The notes below the pieces were generated by a model. The model was given only the letters and a program-made list of their open reading frames with translations. It did no database searches and had not been told where the DNA came from. This document shows positions 31,801 through 39,657 of a stretch of DNA of 64,000 bases, piece after piece (position 1 is the first letter of the stretch; every line of letters starts with the position of its first letter). This stretch comes from an uncultured Gemmatimonadales bacterium (lineage in GTDB: Bacteria; Gemmatimonadota; Gemmatimonadetes; Longimicrobiales; RSA9), in the NCBI GenBank assembly GCA_963783305.1, contig CAWAMW010000002.1, positions 288,001-352,000 of the forward strand, read 5' to 3'. Position numbers and translations under genes: made by a program.

Positions 31801-32235
31801 CTCCTTCGAGAGCTGCCGCGGGTCCGCGCCATCCGGGGCCATGAGCCAGATGTTCTGCGCGCCATCGCGATCGCTGATGAACGCGATCTCCGCACCCGAC
31901 GGGCTGAACCGCGGGTGGAAGTCCCACGCCGCACCGCTCGTGATCCGCGTGGCCGCACCCCCACCCATGGGCATGGTGTAGATGTCGCCCATGAGGTCGA
32001 AGACGATCGTCCCGCCGTCCGGCGAAACGTCCAGGTTCATCCACGTCCCCTCGTCCGTCGTGAACGAGACGGTCTTGGACGGGCCCAGCTCCATGTCTAC
32101 CGTCCAGGCGGGGCGGTCGGGCGTGGTGTCGGCGGCCGTGGCGGGCGCGCCGATCTGGGCGGTGGCTGAAAAGGGAATGAAGGCGAAAACGGCGGCCGCG
32201 CTGAAGGCGGCCGTCAGCAGGGATGTCCGACGCAT
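28876..32235 (-). CDS. Secreted amidohydrolase with N-terminal PD40/beta-propeller repeats
   Basis: Signal peptide; repeated SPDG; PGLVDVHGH; GAHGQ; GSLEPGKLADL. Confidence 0.88.
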   Translation of the reverse strand: MRRTSLLTAAFSAAAVFAFIPFSATAQIGAPATAADTTPDRPAWTVDMELGPSKTVSFTTDEGTWMNLDVSPDGGTIVFDLMGDIYTMPMGGGAATRITSGAAWDFHPRFSPSGAEIAFISDRDGAQNIWLMAPDGADPRQLSKEDDREVNSLAWSPDGEYLFTRKHFVEQRSLGAGEVWMYHRAGGGGLQVTERTSWQKDQGEPAVSPDGEWLYYSQDVTPGEFFEYNKDPYAGIYAILRRNLVTGETERVTGGPGGAITPRISPDGRLMSFIRRDRLNTVLYLRDLETGEEWPLWDGLERDMQEAWAIHGVYTQYDWLPDGSGLAIWAQGGFWRVDARTGEATRIPFTADVEQRIHEGLRYAVDVAPDEWQVRMLRHVTTSPDGRYVAYDALGRIWIRDLRGGGEPRRLTRGDDGFELAPAFSPDGRTIAYASWSDAEGGRIRTIALNGRGAREVVTRRGHYTSPSWSPSGDRIVYRSVGGNSIRGETYGEHTGIFVVDAGGGEPRKVRDGRGEPSFDATGHRILLSQGDRLVSTDLTGGDEIVHLEGDNVTQIAVSPDGEWVAFAERYHAFVAPFPRTGRTVKLSGTSDAYPVQRISRDAGMYLHWSHATGDDWQVHWTLGPQYFTRDLQSTFAFLQEGAPRAEGALRGEAALREPEAEGVDISFTTTTPKPAGTLVLTNARIITMAGQGWTPPGGWEPESRSYQPFQESEGIGPELPAVIEDGTIVIEGDRIVAVGATAAMTLPADARHIDMSGKTIMPGLVDVHGHVGGENAGILAQASWPLLANLAFGVTTSHDPSNDTETVFANIELLRAGEKLGPRLFSTGTILYGAETSFKAVVKDYEDAAAHLRRMKAVGAFSVKSYNQRRRDARQWIIEAARDLEMMVVPEGGSLFFNNMTMVLDGHTGVEHSLPVPHVYRDVTEIWSASSTGYTPTMIVGYGGLSGEYYWYERTNVWEDERLLAFTPRDLVDARSRRRIMAAGDDDFNHVLIAEGVKAIADAGGLVELGAHGQMQGVGAHWELWMFEHGGMTEMEALAAGTIKGAQYLGLDQDIGSLEPGKLADLIVLNSNPLENLVNSADIDRVMLGGRLYDAMTLRQLAPTEAPAPVLPWARGRQ

Positions 32236-32484
32236 GTCAGGGGCTCCGTTGGGATGGGTTTGGAGCCCGAAGCCTAGGATCGAAGCGGCGCAGTTCGCAA
32301 CTCCTGCACATAACGAGACCGCCTCCAGGGCCAGACCCGCGGCAGAGCTTCGGGCGCTGGCCGAATAGGCTCCCGCCTGGCGGGTTTCGAGCATGAATGC
32401 CAGTCGTCCGCTTCTTGAGCAGCTGTCGTCGTCACGTAGTCGGCAAGACCGGTGTCGGACAGGACCACCGTTGAGCCCGCGCGG

Positions 32485-33366
32485 TCAATGGACCTCGAAC
32501 ACCATCCTCAGGCTCACCCACACGCCCACCTTCTGGTCGCTCTCGTGCGCCGGTGCAAACCTCATGACCTCGCCCATCTCGATGGCGGCGCGGTCCAGCT
32601 CCGCGTAGCCACTGGACCTGCCGACCCGGGCGTCCTGAACGCGCCCGGTCGCATCCACGAAGTAGTACGCGAGGACCCTCCCGCCGATGCCGGCGGTGCG
32701 GAGCTCGGGTGGGTAGTCCCGCGCCATCTCGCGTGCGACCTCAGCCTGGTTGATGAGATGGGGGCGCGCCGTCACGGCGCTCCGGTCCGGTCCACCGGCC
32801 GCCGCGATGCCGTCCGCGTCGTCCGGCGGCGAGTCGAGCTGCGACCGCGCCGGCGCGAAGCAGTCGAGCGAATCGATGGCGGAGCCCACTCCGTCGAGCG
32901 GGAACAGGAGCCCGTGGAGCAGGCCCTGCAGGTCGCGCGTCTGGACCTCCAGGACCGAGCCTCTCCGCATGTCGGACAGTGCCGACGCGAAGGCCGCCAG
33001 CTCGTCCCCGGTCAGGTCCTCGCAGCAGGCGCGGAACGCGCCGGTGCCGAGCGGGGTGGTCCGGAAGACGAGCGGCGTCGGCTCGCCGTCGTCGACCCGG
33101 AGCCGGACCGTCAGGGGTCGTCCTCCCATGTCGAGGAAGGCATCGCCGGTCTCGAAATAGAGAATGCCTCCGGCCGCGTCGCACTGGAGCCCCACGTACG
33201 GCTGCTCGCTCCCTTCGTATCCATCACCGATCACTTCGGCCGCGGCAAAGCGGGTGCGCTCTCCGCTGGAGTCGTCGACGAGCTCCCGCACTTCCCACTG
33301 CGCGGCGAGGGGTGAGGCGGCGAGGAGAAGCGCGATCACGGGTGTGGGGATGGGCGGCAGTCGCAT
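32485..33366 (-). CDS. Secreted protein with a C-terminal TonB_C domain
   Basis: YPPELR.AGIGGRV...VDATGRV....V.RSSG..LDRAA......RFAPA; N-terminal signal peptide and an unassigned domain. Confidence 0.75.
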   Translation of the reverse strand: MRLPPIPTPVIALLLAASPLAAQWEVRELVDDSSGERTRFAAAEVIGDGYEGSEQPYVGLQCDAAGGILYFETGDAFLDMGGRPLTVRLRVDDGEPTPLVFRTTPLGTGAFRACCEDLTGDELAAFASALSDMRRGSVLEVQTRDLQGLLHGLLFPLDGVGSAIDSLDCFAPARSQLDSPPDDADGIAAAGGPDRSAVTARPHLINQAEVAREMARDYPPELRTAGIGGRVLAYYFVDATGRVQDARVGRSSGYAELDRAAIEMGEVMRFAPAHESDQKVGVWVSLRMVFEVH

Positions 33367-33631
33367 GATTCTGGAGCGGAATGTGGAAGCGGGAGGTCGG
33401 TCGCCGGCGCGCGGCGTACCCGACCGGGCCGGAGCGGCGGGGAAGCCGCGAGAAGGGGGTTCGATCCGGCCAGGATCACCGTCAGAATGCTAGGCCGCGG
33501 GAGGCGTCCGGGCAACCTGGTCGTCTCTCCGCTGAGCAGGCGGGTTCATCGCGGGTGCCGCGGCCATGGACTTCCGCGGGGGAGGATCGCACATTGGACT
33601 CATCTCGCAGGCCCCTCACTGCACGGAAAGA

Positions 33632-35422
33632 ATGAACCCGACCCGCTCCGGCGCCCCCGCGGTCGCGGAACGCCTGCATCCTGTTGTCCGGCTCGACTAT
33701 CTCGTCCGCCTGGTCACCTACCCGGTGGCCATGCTGGTGCTGTACTCCGTCTTCCGTGGCAGCGGACGGGCCAGCCTGGAGGTTGTCGCCTTCCTGGCAT
33801 TCAGCGGGCTGGTCCTGCCGCACCTGTACTACCTGGCCGCCCGGGGCAGCCGGGACAGCAAGCAGGCCGAGCACCGCAACCTGACGATCGACGGGTTCCT
33901 CATGGGCTGCTGGGTCGCCGGAATGCACTTCAGCCTCTGGCCGAGTGTCATGATCCTGGCCGGGCCCCACACGGGGGCCTTGAGCGTGGGGGGCATCCGC
34001 CTCGCTACGCGCAACTTCGTGGCGGCCCTTGCGGGCGTCCTGGTGGTCGGCCTTTTCACTGGGCTGGAGGTGGCCTTATCCGCGGGGCCGCTGCCGACCA
34101 CGGCCAGCATTGTCGGCATCTTCATGTACATGTCGGTATTCGCCTACCATTCGCACCTGCAGACGAAGCAGACGATCCGGGGCCGCAAGCAGCTCGAGCA
34201 TAGGGCGCTGGAGATCGAGGAGACGAGCGAGGAGCTGGCGGAGGCGAAGGACGCGGCGGAAGCGGCGAACCGGTCGAAGAGCGCGTTCCTGGCGAACATG
34301 AGCCACGAGCTGCGCACGCCGCTGAACGCCGTGATCGGGCTCAGCGACATCATGATCGAGGATGCCGGGTTCGACGGCAACGACGTGATCATCCCGGACC
34401 TGGTGAAGATCAAGGGTGCGGGCGAGCACCTGCTCGAGCTGATCAACGAGGTCCTCGACCTCTCCAAGATCGAGGCGGGGAAGGTCGAGCTCTACATCGA
34501 GGAGTTCCCGGTGGCGGCGCTGCTGGAGAGCGTGGTGGGGACCGTCGGGACGGTCGCGGCGCAGAACGGCAACCGCCTGGTGGTGGAACCCCACGATGCG
34601 GGCGTGATGACGTCGGACATGGTGAAGGTGCGGCAGATGCTCCTCAACCTGCTCAGCAACGCGTGCAAGTTCACGGAGAACGGGGAGGTTCGCCTTAGTG
34701 CCCGCCGAGAGCTGTCCGCAGAGGGCGACTGGCTGGTGTTCGAGGTGGCCGATACCGGCATCGGCATGAACGCCGAGCAGCAGGCGAGGATCTTCCAGCC
34801 GTTCGCTCAGGCCGACTCCTCCACCACGCGCAAATATGGCGGAACCGGCCTCGGCCTGGTCATCAGCGCACGCTTCGCCGCGATGCTCGGCGGGTCCATC
34901 GCCATGGAGAGCGAGCCAGGCGTCGGAACGACGTTCACGATTCGCTTACCCGCCTCATCCGCGAGCGAGGAGGGACCGGATGTGGTCGCGGATGCCGGGT
35001 TCGCCATGGCCACCCGGGACCGAGTCGTACCCACGGTCGAGCGGCCCGTGCTCGTGGTGGAGAACGATGCAACGACCCGGGACATGCTCCGCAAGCTCCT
35101 CGAGCGGCAGTCGTGGCCGGTGGTCGAGGCGGTGAACGGCCGCAAGGCGCTGGAGCTGCTGGACGAGAGTCGGCCGGCCCTCGTGATCCTGGACCTGATG
35201 ATGCCCGAGATGGACGGCTTTTCCTTCCTGGAGGCCCTCCGGGGCCGGAGCAGCGACGGGAACGTCCCCGTCGTGGTGCTCACCGCCAAGGAGCTGTCCC
35301 GCGAGGAGGAAGGCCTCTTCGCCGGAGGCGTGCATGCGATCCTGGAGAAGGGCAGCTACAGCCAGGACGAGCTGCTCGACGCGGTGCGGAGCGCCCTCGG
35401 CGACCCCGTCGCCGCCCGATGA
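33632..35422 (+). CDS. Hybrid sensor histidine kinase with MASE2-like membrane sensor and C-terminal REC
   Basis: AEHRNLTIDGFLMGCWVAGMHFSLWPS (MASE2-like); MSHELRTPLN; N/G1/F/G2 boxes; LDLMMPEMDG. Confidence 0.88.
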   Translation: MNPTRSGAPAVAERLHPVVRLDYLVRLVTYPVAMLVLYSVFRGSGRASLEVVAFLAFSGLVLPHLYYLAARGSRDSKQAEHRNLTIDGFLMGCWVAGMHFSLWPSVMILAGPHTGALSVGGIRLATRNFVAALAGVLVVGLFTGLEVALSAGPLPTTASIVGIFMYMSVFAYHSHLQTKQTIRGRKQLEHRALEIEETSEELAEAKDAAEAANRSKSAFLANMSHELRTPLNAVIGLSDIMIEDAGFDGNDVIIPDLVKIKGAGEHLLELINEVLDLSKIEAGKVELYIEEFPVAALLESVVGTVGTVAAQNGNRLVVEPHDAGVMTSDMVKVRQMLLNLLSNACKFTENGEVRLSARRELSAEGDWLVFEVADTGIGMNAEQQARIFQPFAQADSSTTRKYGGTGLGLVISARFAAMLGGSIAMESEPGVGTTFTIRLPASSASEEGPDVVADAGFAMATRDRVVPTVERPVLVVENDATTRDMLRKLLERQSWPVVEAVNGRKALELLDESRPALVILDLMMPEMDGFSFLEALRGRSSDGNVPVVVLTAKELSREEEGLFAGGVHAILEKGSYSQDELLDAVRSALGDPVAAR

Positions 35423-35832
35423 GCGCCGCCGGGAAGGAACCACTGAAGATCCTCATCGTCGACGAGAACGAGCTGAACCGGGAGGTCGTGGGCCGGCGGC
35501 TCCACCGCAGGGGCTTTCATCTCCTGTACGCATACGACGGGGCCGCCGCCGTCGCCGCCGCGCGATCGGATCCCCCGGCGCTCATCCTCATGGACCTCAG
35601 CATGCCGGTCATGGACGGCTGGGAAGCGACCCGACAGCTGAAGGCCGACCCGGACACCCGGGACATTCCCATCATTGCCCTCACCGCCCACGCCATGGAG
35701 GGTGACCGAAAGCGGGCCATGGAAGCCGGCTGCGACGACTTCGATACGAAGCCGGTGCAGATGGATCGGCTGCTCGAGAAGATGGCCGCTTTCCTGGGAG
35801 AGATCCCGGCTTCCGACCCGCGGCTCCGATGA
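35419..35832 (+). CDS. Single-domain response regulator (DivK/CheY-like)
   Basis: ILIVDEN, MDLSMPVMDG, LTAHAM, TKP; ATGA overlap. Confidence 0.92.
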   Translation: MSAAGKEPLKILIVDENELNREVVGRRLHRRGFHLLYAYDGAAAVAAARSDPPALILMDLSMPVMDGWEATRQLKADPDTRDIPIIALTAHAMEGDRKRAMEAGCDDFDTKPVQMDRLLEKMAAFLGEIPASDPRLR

Positions 35833-36251
35833 CCGACGGTCCGTCCTTCGCCGCCGCCCGCCTGGAGAACCTGCCCGAGCTCCTTTCGTTCGTGGACCGG
35901 GAATGCGCTCGCGCCGGCGTGCCGAACGACGCGGCCTTCGCCCTCCGGCTGGCTGCCGAGGAGGCCTTCGTCAACATCGTTCGACACGCCTACACCGGCA
36001 GCCCGGGGCCCGTGCGCTCGAGCCTCACCCACAGTGACCAGGGCATCACCATTACCTTCGTGGACGAAGCCCCCCCGTTCGATCCCCGCGACGCCCCGCC
36101 CCCCGACCTCGACGCGGACCTGCCGGACAGGCGTGAAGGGGGCCTGGGCCTGCATCTGATCCGTCAACTCATGGACGAGGTCCATCACCGGCACCGTCCC
36201 GGCGCCGGCAATACCCTGGAACTCGTAAAGCACCTCGGAGAAACCCAATGA
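35829..36251 (+). CDS. RsbW/SpoIIAB-like anti-sigma Ser kinase (HATPase_c_2)
   Basis: LAAEEAFVNIVRHAY, PFDP, GGLGLHLIRQLMD. Confidence 0.88.
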   Translation: MTDGPSFAAARLENLPELLSFVDRECARAGVPNDAAFALRLAAEEAFVNIVRHAYTGSPGPVRSSLTHSDQGITITFVDEAPPFDPRDAPPPDLDADLPDRREGGLGLHLIRQLMDEVHHRHRPGAGNTLELVKHLGETQ

Positions 36252-36598
36252 ACATCGAGACTCAGGAAAGAGGGCACGCGCTGGTGGTCGCCATCCACGG
36301 CAGCGTGGATGGCCTCACCGCGGAAACACTTCTGAACACGCTGCACGAACACGTGGAGTCGGGACACACCCGGATGGTCGCCGACCTCAGCGGGGTCGAG
36401 TACACCAGCAGCGCCGGCCTCCGCGCGCTCCTCGCTACGGTCAAGGAAGCGCGCCGCAAGGGGGGTGACCTCCGGCTCGCCGACGTGCAGCCTAACGTTC
36501 GGAAGGTCCTGGACCTGAGCGGGTTCACCAGCATCCTGAAGCTCTACGATGGCGTTGATGCCGCCGTGGACAGCTTCGACGGATCGGCCCCGGCATGA
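36248..36598 (+). CDS. STAS anti-sigma antagonist (RsbV/SpoIIAA-like)
   Basis: DLSGVEYTSSAGLRAL with the phosphoacceptor Ser. Confidence 0.92.
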   Translation: MNIETQERGHALVVAIHGSVDGLTAETLLNTLHEHVESGHTRMVADLSGVEYTSSAGLRALLATVKEARRKGGDLRLADVQPNVRKVLDLSGFTSILKLYDGVDAAVDSFDGSAPA

Positions 36599-37479
36599 TG
36601 CGCGAAGAGATCGTGAAGCCTGCCCCGGCCAAGGCGCGTAAGCGGGTGGCGCTGGTGATCGGTGCCGGGAGCGTCAAGTGCGCGGCGGCCCTCGGTCTCT
36701 GGAAGGTCCTCGATCGGGAGGGGATCGAGATCGACATGGTGGTGGGGTGCAGCGGCGGGAGCATCTACGCCGGCGTCATGAGTCTGGGCTACGATGTGGA
36801 CGAGTGCGAACGGCTGACTCGCGAGCTGTGGACGCCGGCTGTCACCAGGCGTCGCGACACCCGCTCCATGCTGCGCGCCGCGTTCCCGCGCCTCTTCGGC
36901 TTTGACGGCCACTTCGGGATGATCCATGGAGACCCGCTGCTCGAGGCTCTTCAGCGGCCTTTCGGCGGGCGCACCTTCGAGGAGGCCGCCGTCCCGCTCC
37001 ACGTGGTGGCCACGGACGTGGCGAACGGGGAGCGGGTAGTGCTGAGTGAGGGCAGTGTCCTCGACGCGATCCGCGCGAGCATCGCCATCCCGTACGTATG
37101 GGAGCCGTGGCGCGTCGGCGACCGCTGGCTTCTCGACGGCTGCCTCTCCGACCCGCTGCCCGTGGACGTCGCCATGCAGGAGGGCGCGGACATCATCCTG
37201 GCCATGGGGTTCGAGAGCCCGTACCCGAGGCGGGTCCGCTCCGCCACCCGCTACGCGTTCCAGATCAACAGCATCTACACCAACAACCTGCTTCGGGCGA
37301 ACTACTCCTTCCACAACCTGGCCCACCACACCGAGATCGTGACGGTCGTGCCCGAGTTCGAACGCCGCATAGGGCTATTCTCCACCGACGAGTTTCCCTA
37401 CGTAATCGAGCAGGGGGAGCGCGCCACGGAGGCTCACATCGACTATCTTCACCGGGCTCTCGAGGAGACGCGTGTCTGA
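36595..37479 (+). CDS. Patatin-like phospholipase (RssA/NTE-like, divergent motifs)
   Basis: GAGSVKC, GCSGG, VVATD, ASIAIP, LLDGC..P.P. Confidence 0.85.
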   Translation: MMREEIVKPAPAKARKRVALVIGAGSVKCAAALGLWKVLDREGIEIDMVVGCSGGSIYAGVMSLGYDVDECERLTRELWTPAVTRRRDTRSMLRAAFPRLFGFDGHFGMIHGDPLLEALQRPFGGRTFEEAAVPLHVVATDVANGERVVLSEGSVLDAIRASIAIPYVWEPWRVGDRWLLDGCLSDPLPVDVAMQEGADIILAMGFESPYPRRVRSATRYAFQINSIYTNNLLRANYSFHNLAHHTEIVTVVPEFERRIGLFSTDEFPYVIEQGERATEAHIDYLHRALEETRV

Positions 37480-38653
37480 GGGTGCGGAAGCGAGTGAGTC
37501 CGGCCACATCCTCATCGTCGATGACAATACCGTCAACCGGGAGATGCTCGTCCGCCGGCTCACCCGGCGTGGCCACAGCACCGCAGAGGCGGTGAACGGG
37601 CGCGAGGCGCTGGAGAAGATGGGGACGGTCCCGTTCGACCTCATCCTGCTCGACATCATGATGCCGGAGATGAACGGCTACGAGGTCCTCGAGCACGTCC
37701 GCGCGGACGATGAGCTGCGCCACATCCCGATCATCCTCATCTCCGCCCTGGATGACACGGATAGCCTGATCAAGGGAATCGAAAAGGGCGCCGACGACCA
37801 CCTGCCCAAGCCCTTCAACACGCACATCCTGCACGCCCGCGTCGATGCCTGCCTGGCCAAGAAGCGGCTACGGGACCGCGAGCAGCTCTACGCCCGCGCC
37901 CTCGCCCGCGAGATGGACATCGCCCGGGAGATCCAGGCGGGGTTCCTCCCGTATGAGCTGCCCGCACCCCCGGGGTGGGAGCTGGCAGCCCGGTTCCGCC
38001 CCGCCCGTAGCGTGGCCGGCGACTTCTACGACGCGTTCGAGCTCCACGGCGGGCGCCGAATCGGAATCGTGGTGGCCGACGTCTGTGGGAAGGGCGTCGG
38101 GGCCGCACTCTTCATGGCTCTCTTCCGCACGCTGCTGCGCGCCCTCGCCGAGCGGATCCTCGTCGAGGGCGGCGATATCGATGCGGGCGTGTCCGACCTC
38201 ATGGCGGCCGTCAACGATTACATCGCCACGACCCACGACCGCGCCAACATGTTCGCTACCGTCTTCCTGGCCATGCTCGACCCCGCCACCGGAGAGCTGG
38301 TATACGCGAATGGGGGCCACGATTCCCCCTTCATCACAGGGGGTGACGGCGTGAAAGCCGTTCTGGCCCCGACCGGGCCGGCGGTGGGCATGCTCCCTGG
38401 GATGGCGTTCGCCAGCGCGCGGGCGGTGCTGGAGCCCGGCGAGATGCTCTTCGTCTTCACCGATGGCGTGATCGACGCCCGGGCCCACGACGGCGCCGCC
38501 TTCTCACAGGAACGCCTGGTGGCGCTCGTCGACCACCCCGCGCCCTCCGCCGGCGCCACTCTCGACCGGGTCGACTCCGCGATCCAGGGGCACGCCGGTG
38601 ACGCCGCGCCGTTCGATGACATCACCCTTTTCGCACTGCGTCGGGACGACTGA
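37472..38653 (+). CDS. REC-SpoIIE (PP2C) phosphatase, RsbU-like
   Basis: ILIVDD..LDIMMP; GDFYD, VADVCGKG, FTDGV, DDIT. Confidence 0.92.
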   Translation: MSEGAEASESGHILIVDDNTVNREMLVRRLTRRGHSTAEAVNGREALEKMGTVPFDLILLDIMMPEMNGYEVLEHVRADDELRHIPIILISALDDTDSLIKGIEKGADDHLPKPFNTHILHARVDACLAKKRLRDREQLYARALAREMDIAREIQAGFLPYELPAPPGWELAARFRPARSVAGDFYDAFELHGGRRIGIVVADVCGKGVGAALFMALFRTLLRALAERILVEGGDIDAGVSDLMAAVNDYIATTHDRANMFATVFLAMLDPATGELVYANGGHDSPFITGGDGVKAVLAPTGPAVGMLPGMAFASARAVLEPGEMLFVFTDGVIDARAHDGAAFSQERLVALVDHPAPSAGATLDRVDSAIQGHAGDAAPFDDITLFALRRDD

Positions 38654-39191
38654 GCGGCGCACCCTCCCGGCGCGCACCCTCCCGGAGCGTATCGCGGAGC
38701 CGGGCGCGGGCCCGGAACAGCTGGCTCTTGGACGTCCCCTCCGCGACCCCCAGAAGCTCGCCGATGTCCGCGTGGGTCCAGCCCTCCACGTCATGCATCC
38801 AGAGGACCTGACGCATCCCCGGCGGCAGCGTGGCCACGGCGCGGTCGAGCTCGAGTCGCAGCTCCACGGGGGGCGGATCGGAGCGGTCGCGCGGACGCCA
38901 CCACGTCTCCATGAGCTCCGCCCGCCGCTGCGTGGAGCGGCCCAGTCCGGTAATGACGTTCCGAGCGATAGTGTGCAGCCAGGAGCCGAAATCCGCCTCG
39001 CCGCGGAACCGGTCGAGACCGCGGAACGCGCGGAGCCAGCTTTCCTGGCAGAGGTCGTCCACCAGGTCCGGATCGGACACCCACTGCTCCACGAGCCGGC
39101 GGACACGGCCGGAGTGCCGTTCGTAGAGCGCCAGGAAAGCCGTCTCGTCGCCGCCGCGAGCGGCGGATAGCAGGGCTGCGTCCATCGGCAT
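38622..39191 (-). CDS. ECF RNA polymerase sigma factor
   Basis: GDETAF..LY, DDLCQE..RAF..L.RFRG..F.SWL..IARN, region 4 GTSKSQLFRAR; start codon uncertain. Confidence 0.88.
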   Translation of the reverse strand: MPMDAALLSAARGGDETAFLALYERHSGRVRRLVEQWVSDPDLVDDLCQESWLRAFRGLDRFRGEADFGSWLHTIARNVITGLGRSTQRRAELMETWWRPRDRSDPPPVELRLELDRAVATLPPGMRQVLWMHDVEGWTHADIGELLGVAEGTSKSQLFRARARLRDTLREGARREGAPLSRPDAVRKG

Positions 39192-39424
39192 GGCTGGGGA
39201 GAGGGTGGAGAACGTCGTCCGGTCAAGGGTCCCTACTGCTTCTGGGGCGTGCCGGTTTCGCCATCGTATGGAGGCAGCAGCCGTACCACGCGATGCGCTC
39301 GGCCGTAAACGGTTTAAGTGCAACGGGATACGGGGTAATACAGCGACACGGCGGGCGCGGACGAGTGTCCGACTGCGGGACGAGGCGGGACGACTACGGA
39401 CACAGGCGGTGGGATACCGGCCTC

Positions 39425-39520
39425 TCAGCGGTCGGAGTCGTCGTCATCCTGCATGGCGAACCAGACGATGATGATGCCGCCGATGATGAGGATGGTCCAG
39501 GCGGCCGGGTGGAGGATCAT
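39425..39520 (-). CDS. 31-aa single-TM small protein
   Basis: GGAG RBS followed by MILHPAAWTILIIGGIIIVWFAMQDDDDSDR*; nearly all third positions are G/C. Confidence 0.6.
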   Translation of the reverse strand: MILHPAAWTILIIGGIIIVWFAMQDDDDSDR

Positions 39521-39657
39521 GGGGGCTCCGTTCGGGATCGTGAGAGCGACCGCCGGGCCTCGGTGCCGGGCGGGTCGAGCCCGGATGCGCGAGGGCACCG
39601 GCCGTTGGCCGATGCCCCCGCTCCATCAGGACTGCTGCATATCCTGCTGTCGTGCGG

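Noticed and set aside
36595..37479. Patatin as a CBASS CapV anti-phage effector
   Set aside because: No CD-NTase or other defence genes lie nearby; the context is signalling.
39444..39626. 60-aa ORF MERGHRPT..
   Set aside because: Its composition is implausible. The overlapping 31-aa frame has the RBS and the codon bias.
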